Below are positions 18,433 through 28,300 of a stretch of DNA of 64,000 nt, in pieces. The notes beneath the pieces were generated by a model. That model was not told where the DNA came from. It searched no databases and saw only the letters and a list, made by a program, of their open reading frames with translations. The stretch is from a virus: positions 28,753 through 92,752 of IMG/VR virus record IMGVR_UViG_3300037504_000674; one strand, 5' to 3'. How positions within the stretch are numbered: position 1 is the first letter of the stretch; the number at the start of each line of letters is the position of its first letter. The position numbers and the translations under genes are program-made.

Positions 18433-21400
18433 ACCAACAGGAACGATAGTAGTAGACGCAGTAGATGAAACCGGCAAGGTTATCAAGAGCATCAGCGTGA
18501 AAATGAACAAGCTTGGCGACAAGGCCAAGAAGGCGAGCACTAAAGCCAGCAATGCATCAAAGATGCTGAAGAAAGCCTTACTGGGGGCCGCTAAGGGCGC
18601 CAAAAAGTTCATTGGTAAGCTGGCGCTTGCCCCGCTGAGGGCATTTGGATCAGCGCTCAAGAACATCAGCACGATCATCTTGGGTATGCTGGGATACCAG
18701 GGGTTCCGCGCTATTGGTCGAAGCATTGCCAATATGGTCGAAGAAGCCGGTCCTATCCAATCTGTGCGCACGCAGTTTGCCAACTTCATGCAACAGGCAA
18801 ACGCTCATATCCCCGATTTTAATACCGGCGCCGATGAAATGATCGCCAAGATGCAGGGAATGACCGGGGGCGCACTAGACGTAACCCGCATGCTCAAGGC
18901 GTCAAACCTAGCATTTTCTCTCATAGGCGAGCGAGTCGGCAAAGATTTACCTAGAATGCTAGGAGTCGCACAGGCAGCATCGCTTACCACGGGTGAATCG
19001 ATTGAGCGTATGTTCAACAGCTTGGTGAAGGGCGTCGGGCGCTTGTCAACACGGTGGCTAGACAACTTGGGCATCACGGTATCTACCACCGAGGCATACG
19101 GCAGATACGCCGATGAAAACGATCTCGTTGCCAGTAATCTATCGCATACCCACAGAGTTCAAGCCATGCTCAATGCGGCAATGGAGCAAGGCGAAAAGAT
19201 TATGATGCGCACGGGTGACGTGCAAGCATTCCTCTCAACCCAAATGTCAGCGCTCAATGCTAACTTCCTCAATACGCGCGATTCCGTAATCAACGCATTC
19301 GCCCCACTCGCAACAACTGTGCTTATGTTTGTCAATGATATGACCTCGCAGGTCACCCCCAAAGTGGAAGACTTCGCCACCGCTTTCGCTATGACCTTCG
19401 CTAAGATACCACCCTCCGCTTATGCGTCTGCGCAGAATACCGTCGCCGGATTAACCGAGGGTATGAACCTTGTTGAGCCTGTGGTCTTGTCAGCGCAAGA
19501 GAGAATGGGTGAACGCGCTGCAAACTGGGCAGTCAACGCATTATCATGGGGTGCCAATGTAGGCGCTCAATTTGTCAGCGGAATCATCCAGGGGTTCTCC
19601 GCCCTGATAGCCGGGGCAATGAATTACATCTCTGCGGTTCTGGCTAGTTGGCTCAGGCCTGGTTCGCCACCAAAGGTTTCCCCGCAAATAGATAATTGGG
19701 GCTACGGTACAATGGAGTCATGGGTAGAGGGAATGCTGGACTACCCAGTTGACCCGGTGCTCCTACCAAAAATCAAAGGCGACCTGAAGGATGTTTTCGA
19801 GTCAGGAGTAAAGGACTCATTATTTCAGTGGGGTGCTGACTCGATAGCAGAGTGGGCCGAAGGTTTGTCGATTATTGACATGGACTTCCTCAGCCAGGCG
19901 ATTGAGGAAGCCACCGTCAAGGCCAAAATCCTCAACAAGGAACTCACATCGACCTACAAGGAGCAGCGCACTGAGCTATTCAAGCTAAGAGTGCTGAACC
20001 GTGACCCGAAAGCAATTAGGGCACAACAAAAGCGCGTCAAGACTTCCAAAAACGCCCTGAAAACTAACGAAAAGGAGCTAGAGCAGCTAGAAAACCGGCG
20101 TAAACTAATCAGAGAGCAACTAGAGCTACTGAGGCTACTAGAGCGCGCACTAAAAGATATGGAGCGCACATCTAAGCGCGGCGGAGGCGGCGGGAGAGGC
20201 GGTGGGGGTGACGGCGCTCCGGGGCTTGACGACATACCAGCACCTGAACTACCACTAGTTGGCACATCCAGCCTAGAAAGCCAGATAACAGGCCTGAAAG
20301 AGCGCCTGAAGGAGATTTTCGGCGAGCCGCTACAGCAAGTTGCGGACTCATTCTCGAAAGCAGCCGACGAGATAGGGCTGGCATGGGGAAACCTCAGAAC
20401 CACCATTGAGGAGAACTCGCCAGCTATCAAGGAGAAGTCACAAGATGCTGCGAAGTCCATCGGGTCTTTCTTCGCCGAGGCAAACAAGCAAATCTCGCCA
20501 GCATTGCAGGACCTAAAGCAAGCATTCATCGATGCCGCTCCAGAATTTCTAAAGGCTGGTGACAGTGCCATGAAGTTCGCCGGGCTGTGGCGGCTCGCCG
20601 GTAAGGTGTACGGATTTGCATCAGCTATGATAGCAAAATTACTAGCAATACAGGTCAGGGCGCTTGGCAGGTTCGCCAGCAGAATGAGCGAGAAAATTGA
20701 TGGCCTCAAGATGTTGTTCTCCAGAGACTTGCTTGGGGGTTTAAGGAGAATTTTCTTCTCAGGAGCGTCGGATATCAACACATGGCCAGAATTCATGTGG
20801 GCTATGCTCAAGAGGGGCTTCATGAATTCGTTTGACTTTCCCTCCATGTTTACTAATGTGTTCACCAACCTCTTCAAGCCTGGTGTGATTAAATTCCTAG
20901 ATAGCGCTCGCGGGCTTATCAAGAGGGTATTTGGGGAAGCGGCGGCTGAGTCCTCGTCTGATTGGTCAGCGACTTGGGGTAGCGCGGCAGTCGAAAGCGG
21001 TAGCGCGATAGTTCAGGGGGTAGCTGACGGGGTATCACAAGGCGCAACAGGGGCGACCAACTCAGCCAATCAATTTGCTTCCGGGCTTCAATCTCAGTTC
21101 GCCACAGAGTTTGACCCATCAATGTACTCTGTATATGGTGAGAATATAGCCATTGGTATAGGGGATGGGTTGACAAGCGGGGGGAGCGATGCAAACCTAG
21201 CGATGGAGGAAATGTACAATCAATTCCTGAAAACAACAGAGTCTTCTGTGGGGTCCGGCGAAGAGTCGCCGTATTCTCAATACGGATCATATATTCCTGA
21301 CGGAATCTCTCAGGGAATCGAGAGCAACGCCGAGAGCGCCAACATGACGCTTGAGGAAATGTACCAAAACTTTCTTGACACATCTGACGCTAGTTTGGGA

Positions 21401-22057
21401 ACCGGGGGCGCTGGCTCATCATCAACCGTCTTCAATGACTATGGTCAAATCATGCCAACAAGTGTAAGAGACGGCATCATGAACAACCAGCAAGCCGCCT
21501 GGGACCAAATGGGCAATATGTGGCAGGGCGTCATCGACACGACGGACTCGTATGGCGAGCCGCTTACAACGTCGGTTGATACAATGACGAGCTCTTCGCT
21601 TATTGCGCTTGAGCTCAAGATACCCCAGTTCAAATCTAGCGGAGAGGCGCTAATCCAGGGTCTGATTGACGGTATTATCGGCAAGATGCCGGAGGCTGAG
21701 AGCGCGGTGAAAGATGCCGCAGATAAAGTATCCGATGCGGCCTCGTCTGCCTGGGATATCTCATCTCCGTCAGGGGTTTTCGAGAAGATGGGTAATCAGC
21801 TAATGTCTGGCACGCAAAAGGGCATTCAAGACAAAGCGTATGTGCCAATGAGAGCTATGCAGCGCGCTGCTGGCGGCGTGATTAGCGCTGGCCCAGGAGC
21901 GACTGGCGGGAATACTAACAACACAACGACCATCGTGATCCAGGGCCCAATCATTGAGACAATGAGCGTTCCGAACATGCGCGTCGGTAGAGAAATGTCG
22001 CGCCAGATTGGTCGAGATTTATCAAATATGGCTAGTATGAAAAGGAGCCCAGCATAA
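18422..22057 (+). CDS. Tape measure protein
   Basis: 1211 aa, Ala/Gly-rich helical; LDNLGI, PGSPP and ISSPS motifs; C-terminal repeats. Confidence 0.9.
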   Translation: MAGKPTGTIVVDAVDETGKVIKSISVKMNKLGDKAKKASTKASNASKMLKKALLGAAKGAKKFIGKLALAPLRAFGSALKNISTIILGMLGYQGFRAIGRSIANMVEEAGPIQSVRTQFANFMQQANAHIPDFNTGADEMIAKMQGMTGGALDVTRMLKASNLAFSLIGERVGKDLPRMLGVAQAASLTTGESIERMFNSLVKGVGRLSTRWLDNLGITVSTTEAYGRYADENDLVASNLSHTHRVQAMLNAAMEQGEKIMMRTGDVQAFLSTQMSALNANFLNTRDSVINAFAPLATTVLMFVNDMTSQVTPKVEDFATAFAMTFAKIPPSAYASAQNTVAGLTEGMNLVEPVVLSAQERMGERAANWAVNALSWGANVGAQFVSGIIQGFSALIAGAMNYISAVLASWLRPGSPPKVSPQIDNWGYGTMESWVEGMLDYPVDPVLLPKIKGDLKDVFESGVKDSLFQWGADSIAEWAEGLSIIDMDFLSQAIEEATVKAKILNKELTSTYKEQRTELFKLRVLNRDPKAIRAQQKRVKTSKNALKTNEKELEQLENRRKLIREQLELLRLLERALKDMERTSKRGGGGGRGGGGDGAPGLDDIPAPELPLVGTSSLESQITGLKERLKEIFGEPLQQVADSFSKAADEIGLAWGNLRTTIEENSPAIKEKSQDAAKSIGSFFAEANKQISPALQDLKQAFIDAAPEFLKAGDSAMKFAGLWRLAGKVYGFASAMIAKLLAIQVRALGRFASRMSEKIDGLKMLFSRDLLGGLRRIFFSGASDINTWPEFMWAMLKRGFMNSFDFPSMFTNVFTNLFKPGVIKFLDSARGLIKRVFGEAAAESSSDWSATWGSAAVESGSAIVQGVADGVSQGATGATNSANQFASGLQSQFATEFDPSMYSVYGENIAIGIGDGLTSGGSDANLAMEEMYNQFLKTTESSVGSGEESPYSQYGSYIPDGISQGIESNAESANMTLEEMYQNFLDTSDASLGTGGAGSSSTVFNDYGQIMPTSVRDGIMNNQQAAWDQMGNMWQGVIDTTDSYGEPLTTSVDTMTSSSLIALELKIPQFKSSGEALIQGLIDGIIGKMPEAESAVKDAADKVSDAASSAWDISSPSGVFEKMGNQLMSGTQKGIQDKAYVPMRAMQRAAGGVISAGPGATGGNTNNTTTIVIQGPIIETMSVPNMRVGREMSRQIGRDLSNMASMKRSPA

Positions 22058-23928
22058 TGTCAGACGTTATCAAGCTGTCGGATGGAACCACCGATATCGA
22101 CCTATACTACGATACTGATGCGTTTGTGATGATGCAAGAGGGTAATAACTTCGGCATACCAGAACACCAGCGAGTTATGCATGAGTCGGACTTCTCAGAT
22201 GGCCAAACCATTATCCGCAACACACTTGGGAACCGCATGTGGCCCATGCAACTCGCGGTATACGGTTCAGACAACGACGCGGTAGTTGATAACCTTAATG
22301 CTCTCTCTAGATTCGCCAAGCAAGCACGTAGGTACCAGCTAGACGAGACACGCAGCGAAGTTTATTTACAGGTTCAACTAGACGGCATGACAAACTGGAC
22401 TAGATTCAGCGTGATTGACATTGAGTACGACAGCGCGGCGTTCTTCAATTACTTCAATCTGGGTGAGGATAAACTAATTTTTGGTGATGGGCTGACACTG
22501 ACAATAATCACCGACCCAATTGGGTACGGAGAGGAAGTGACTCTCAAGAACTATCTCAAGAATCCCCACTTCGAAGAAGTGAACACCGGGATAGATCAAG
22601 GATCGGGGGCCGCGAAGCACTGGAACGACGACGGGTCGCCAACTCTCACATTCGATTGGGATATTCGCGTATGCGGCGCCAGATCACAGAAAGTGGTAAC
22701 CGACGCTAGTAGCAACCAGGCGATATACAGCGATACAGTTTCATGCTCAAGCTCGCAGGACTTTGCGTGCTACGTATGGGTCCATAAGGCTTCAGGAGAC
22801 GATATCTCGCTTTACGTGAGCGGTGATGCGTCAGGGGTTATCGACACAGCCACATACAGCGCGGCGGCAGAAACCAAAACCGGAGCTAATGGTAACACCT
22901 GGAAGAGACTTGAGGTGACCGGAACAACCGGAGCTTCTGACTCAACGTTGACCGTTGGTGTTCAGAGATCATTGGGGGATGCGACTGCTGCCACAACATT
23001 CTACGTCGATCAGTCTTACTTACAGCTTGGCGCAAGCTCAATCCCGTCTGGCTGGGCAAGTTACTACAGCATCAATAATCACTATCAACCGTCCTCAAGT
23101 ATTATACCATATCTCGATGTATGCGATATTCCAGGCGACGAACCAGCAGATTGCAAATTTGTCATTGACGAGACTGATAGCAACACATCTATCAGATATC
23201 TATACATGATGAATAGCGCTCAGGACAACATTGCGAGCATGAGGTTCTTTTTGGATAGCGATGACGCCGGCGTTCCCGGCGGGACAAACACAGTCACAGA
23301 TTCTGATAGGAGCGGCGGTAGCTACGGAAATTTCACTACAAGTTCTACTTTTGCGGACGTAGCGAGGTTCGCACCATCCGATTGGAGCGATTGGTATCTG
23401 TCCTATGTGGTATTTGCGGCAGTTAATGTTGGGTCAGGCCTGGAATTCAGAATTGAGTACCCGCCAGTGGGGAACTACCCGCAGTACAACACAGGTGAAA
23501 CATCGGTTGCCCATACAAATCAGTGGGAGCTGCTGAACCTTGGCGTGATCAATCAGATTTCTGCAAACGATGAGTTCATATTTGCAGCGAAGGGCGGAGA
23601 TGTCAACTACGACTTCTTCTACTGCGTCTCGATATCAGATGGGTACTCGATTATTGACTGGGGCACCTATGTTATCGGAGGAGCCTCGTCTCCCCAGGCA
23701 ATCATTGACCCAATGGAGAACCTAAGGTACACCAAGACGGGCGCGGGTATCATACAATCAACATCAAACGCTCACCTTGGAGACTATATACAAGCAAAAC
23801 CAGGTAGGTTCAACAGAATAATCATGATCGGCACGGGAGATGAGAATGTACACACGCCAGCTAATGGGAACATCGAGGTGACTCTAACATATCGCCCAAG
23901 AACGGAGCTTCTACTGGGGGTGACCTAG
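22057..23928 (+). CDS. Distal tail protein with carbohydrate-binding insertion
   Basis: Follows the tape measure gene; NYLKNPHFE...WKRLEVT...FYVD CBM-like insert; ends YRPR. Confidence 0.65.
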   Translation: MSDVIKLSDGTTDIDLYYDTDAFVMMQEGNNFGIPEHQRVMHESDFSDGQTIIRNTLGNRMWPMQLAVYGSDNDAVVDNLNALSRFAKQARRYQLDETRSEVYLQVQLDGMTNWTRFSVIDIEYDSAAFFNYFNLGEDKLIFGDGLTLTIITDPIGYGEEVTLKNYLKNPHFEEVNTGIDQGSGAAKHWNDDGSPTLTFDWDIRVCGARSQKVVTDASSNQAIYSDTVSCSSSQDFACYVWVHKASGDDISLYVSGDASGVIDTATYSAAAETKTGANGNTWKRLEVTGTTGASDSTLTVGVQRSLGDATAATTFYVDQSYLQLGASSIPSGWASYYSINNHYQPSSSIIPYLDVCDIPGDEPADCKFVIDETDSNTSIRYLYMMNSAQDNIASMRFFLDSDDAGVPGGTNTVTDSDRSGGSYGNFTTSSTFADVARFAPSDWSDWYLSYVVFAAVNVGSGLEFRIEYPPVGNYPQYNTGETSVAHTNQWELLNLGVINQISANDEFIFAAKGGDVNYDFFYCVSISDGYSIIDWGTYVIGGASSPQAIIDPMENLRYTKTGAGIIQSTSNAHLGDYIQAKPGRFNRIIMIGTGDENVHTPANGNIEVTLTYRPRTELLLGVT

Positions 23929-25385
23929 TGCCACTATATACACAAATCTGGTCGAATGGCGCTTCTTCGCCGTCATTCGAGAAAGACATATCGCGCCGCA
24001 TCAGCTCCACGCGCATACTGTGGGAACTGCACGGCGGAGTACGGGCTATTGAAAGTCAGTGGTCAGACGACTTAACATCTGCTTACAATTTTTATAAAGA
24101 CAACATCGGTAAGCGCATCATCATCAGCGACCACTACTGTGATATGCCGGTTGCCGATGGATATATCACTAACATGTCATTAACGCCAGAGGGTGTGATG
24201 TTTGTTTCTCGCGGAAACTGGTATCGACATGCAGATCAATTGTACAATTTCGATACTACCACCAAGGATTCAGAGCAAGGTAACCTAGCCTACGACCCAG
24301 GCGCTACAACTGATACATTCCAAGATGATGGACAAGACTTTTCTGATTGGGAGCCGTCTGGCCCAACAGCGGAGTACGAAATCAGTATTGTCAACGCAGA
24401 TGGGACAATTACGTATGCCTTCATCGGATCGGCGTTCACCACAACCAACTCAAACGACTCCATTAACGTGTACACAGACTACGAACTCAACACATCGGGA
24501 TGGAACGGTGATTCTCCATCCGGTAAAACACCTAGCTCATACACCATATCGCTGGTTTACGACGCAAAAACAACATCTGAAGTGATCAAGGAGGCCCTGA
24601 CTGACGAGGTGCCCGTACTAAGTTCAGACCAATCAAATATAGACGAGACCAATACCGTAATCGGGGGGTGGGAAACACCCATCGAGGAAGGCGGGATGTA
24701 CCCGTCCGTTTTCATAGAGAAGATGGCCTCGTTCTCTGATACCAGCAATCGTCAATGGAATTACTGGGTAGCCAATCAGAGGTTCGATGTCACTAGCCCA
24801 CAGAAGGGGGTACCGCACTTCGAAGCGCAAGTAAATAGCGGTAGCTTTGACTGGGATATTGAAAACTGGATGATATCCGCCGGCAATCCCATGGCGACAC
24901 GATCAATTGAGGAGATGCGTAATCATGTCAGGATAATATACCGAGACATGGAAGACGATGACTTGATCACAATCACAGACGCGGCGCAAGACAACGATAG
25001 CCAAGATAAATACTGGCGCCGCGAGGCGGTTGTGTCTGGAGGGGACGCGGTACCATCAGTGGCTGAAAAATACCGCGATCTTTACCTCAATAAGTTTAAG
25101 GATGCACTTATGGCGGAGCCGATCGTGATTAGCGCGCCATATATTCTTCGCAGAAGCGGGGCAAGAGTACCATTGTGGACCCCCATCAAAGAAAGTAAAT
25201 CTTATTTTAGACTGTCTGAGTTATTCCCCTCACTGGATTTATTCGATTCATCCTGGGACCGCCTGCGCAGCGGGCAAGCAATGAGCATGGAATACGAGAG
25301 CGTTTCTAACACTCTTAGGGTTCACCTTGACCAAGAGAGCAACGAACTAGACGCCCTAATAGCACGCATGGATGCCTGGAGGTAA
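23928..25385 (+). CDS. Tail tip/baseplate hub protein
   Basis: Synteny between distal tail and fibre genes. Confidence 0.55.
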   Translation: MPLYTQIWSNGASSPSFEKDISRRISSTRILWELHGGVRAIESQWSDDLTSAYNFYKDNIGKRIIISDHYCDMPVADGYITNMSLTPEGVMFVSRGNWYRHADQLYNFDTTTKDSEQGNLAYDPGATTDTFQDDGQDFSDWEPSGPTAEYEISIVNADGTITYAFIGSAFTTTNSNDSINVYTDYELNTSGWNGDSPSGKTPSSYTISLVYDAKTTSEVIKEALTDEVPVLSSDQSNIDETNTVIGGWETPIEEGGMYPSVFIEKMASFSDTSNRQWNYWVANQRFDVTSPQKGVPHFEAQVNSGSFDWDIENWMISAGNPMATRSIEEMRNHVRIIYRDMEDDDLITITDAAQDNDSQDKYWRREAVVSGGDAVPSVAEKYRDLYLNKFKDALMAEPIVISAPYILRRSGARVPLWTPIKESKSYFRLSELFPSLDLFDSSWDRLRSGQAMSMEYESVSNTLRVHLDQESNELDALIARMDAWR

Positions 25386-25388
25386 CAC

Positions 25389-28300
25389 ATGCCTATACGG
25401 CCACAAAGAGCAAATATCAAGCCTTTTCTGGAAGACATGCGCCCCTATTATTCTGGCGGGCGCACGACCATCCGTGGGGATGCAGTTTCTAGCTTTGTTG
25501 GTCTAAAAGACAACGCCGGGCAAGATGTAGACCCATCCACTGACCAACGCATTCAGATAACCGACGACAGCAAAGTCAACGCTGACAAGTCTGGCAACAC
25601 TATCGCCCTCTCGGTCACTGATAGCCAGATTGACCACAACAGCCTAAGTAACTACGACAGCAACGAACACATCGACCACACAACAATCACCATCACAGCC
25701 GGCAGCGGATTAACCGGTGGGGGCAACATATCATCTTCGCGCACCATCAACATCGGCTCTGGTGACGGAATCACGGTCAGCGCCAATAGCATAGCCCTAA
25801 CCACACCCGGCACGATCACTGCCGCAACGCCAAATTCTTCATCCGGTAACCACACCCACGCAACCGCAACATCCAATAACGGCACGGCGAATCCATCCAC
25901 GATCGCGGCGTTCAATGCCAGCGGGCAGATTACAGCAGAGGATTTCTTTGTTCCCGACGGCGGCGCCGTGGGCATCAGCGGCAATGAGCTGCTAACGTTC
26001 AACACGGCGGGAAACGCGACGTTTTCCGGCGTGACCAGCGTCGTCGTGCCGGACGGCGCGTGGGTGGGGGCGGGCGCGGATTGCTCATGGGTGTTTGACG
26101 CCACAAATGGGGACGTGACGACGCAGGACAAAGTTGGCGTAGGCGTGGTTAGCCCGCAAGCCAGTCTTCATGTAATAGAACTTGGAACAGCGGGCACGCC
26201 CTCCATCTCCTCAGCAACAGCGGCTGTTTTTCAAAGATCAGCAAGCGCGACAAATGCAAATTATGTATCTATTATTAGCGGAAATGCTCAGATCGCCGGT
26301 CTGAATTTTGGTGACGCGGATTCTGAAACCGCTGGGCAAATAGAATATCTACATCAAGAAATCCCTATTGCTATGCGGTTCAATGTTGAGGGTAATGAGA
26401 TTATGAGGCTAATAGCCTCCGGCGACGTCGTCATCGGAGACACCACCGCCGACCGCCGTTTCCACGTGGTTGATGCGACAACGTATCAGGAGCGCGTTGA
26501 GTACGATGGAACACATTACACTGACTTAGGCACTGATTCAAATGGATATTACAATATGTCGCCTAGCGGGCAGCAAGTACGCATGGATGGCGACTTGATG
26601 TTTGTGGGCGCCCAGGCGATCTCAACAACCACCGACGGACTCACTCTCTCACCAGCGGACGGGATAAGTCTCGATCCATCATCAGGTGATGTAACCGCCA
26701 CAACAGCGATCAGCGCGGATAACTTTGTTTCACAGACAACTGGTTGGCAGGTTGCCTACAACGGAAACGCCGACTTCAGAAATATATACGCAGACGAGCT
26801 TCACGTGCAAGCGTTTATCGCAGATGTATACAGCGCGCTTGCCGGCGGTTTGATTATCACACAATCACGAGCCGAGGTAACACGAGATTTCACGATCCCG
26901 GATACTGGAAACACATCGACTCTATATGTAGCAGACCATGAGGGCATACCAGACACAGCCGTATTTAGCGCTGGCGACTACATCAGACTCAGAGTGATTG
27001 ATCGCTCTGGCGGGGGCCTAGTTGTCAGCGACGTATACGGCACCGTTAGCGGATATAGCGACCTATCTGGCGGGGAGCAGTCATGGACATTCACCACCAC
27101 AACAACTGGTTACAACAGCTCTGATGTTATTTACACCGGTAGTGTCGCACTCGATTACGGGCAAACGGGCAGCGGCAGCCAGGGCGTATGGGAAGCCACT
27201 GTGCTAGATTCAGCCGGCAGCCCGTACTCTCAAATAAAATCATGGGATACCATCACAGACGGCGAGCCCGACAACTTCACTGCACATGTAAGGCTGGGTA
27301 ATCTTGACGGCCTGGCTGGTGTAGGCCTTGAATACGGGTTATTCGCCGGTGACGGAATTACCGATACTGACAGCTACGCACTTATCACCGACACGCAAGC
27401 AGAGCTGCATAATATAGACTTGAATGTGTACAACAGCGGAAGCACGGTATTTAAAATTGACGCATCGACCCCATACTACAGCCTTGGTACCAGCGCCCCA
27501 ACCGACTTTGACACCGGGGTCGGCGTGTGGGCCGGGTTGCATAGCGGATCATATAAATGGCGCGCAGGTGACCCAAGCGGGATTAGAATGCAGTGGGACG
27601 GAACCGACTTGGGTATATACGATGATAGTGGCACAGTTAGATTTCAAGTTAACAGCTCTGGTGCGTGGCTATCTAACCTGGCGCTCAGCGAAACACTCTC
27701 CGACAGCCTCTTTACATCAGGCAGCGGGTTATTGCTACTTGGCCCGTATTGCGAGATAACCACAACTAGTTGGGCATCGCTGCGGGGGCAGTCGGCGACG
27801 ATCAGCGGGGCGTTTCACCAGTCAGCTGGGCGCTGGCCCGGAACGCGGGCGCTGGTGGTGGAGGAGGGCACGACTAACTACTGCACAAATCCACGAATGT
27901 ATGATGGCAACAGCGATAATCGCGCAGACTCGTTTGGTCGCAATAGCAATCTGTCTGGCGCACCCACCGAATCCATCATTTCTCACCCTATTAGCGAAAG
28001 GGGGTGGGCTCAGCGCATTCAATATACAGGTGTTGCAGGCGACAGCAACCAGGTTTGGTTTTATAGGTTCGGCACTGCCTCAGGGGAATTTTCTGCTGGC
28101 GATGATGTTACTATCTCGTTTGATTATTGGGGTAGCGCTGATAATGGATTGGATTTTTTTATACAGGCGTTCGACGCATCGAATAATGTCATAGCGAGCG
28201 TTTCCTTGCCTGATTTAGTGCCGACTGAGTCAGTGCAGCGCGCATCACTGACGTATGAATCGCTACCAGCCAACACTGACTACGTTCGGTTCCGATTCGA

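Noticed and set aside
19954-21383. Long - strand ORFs inside the tape measure gene
   Set aside because: Antisense shadows without RBS or motifs
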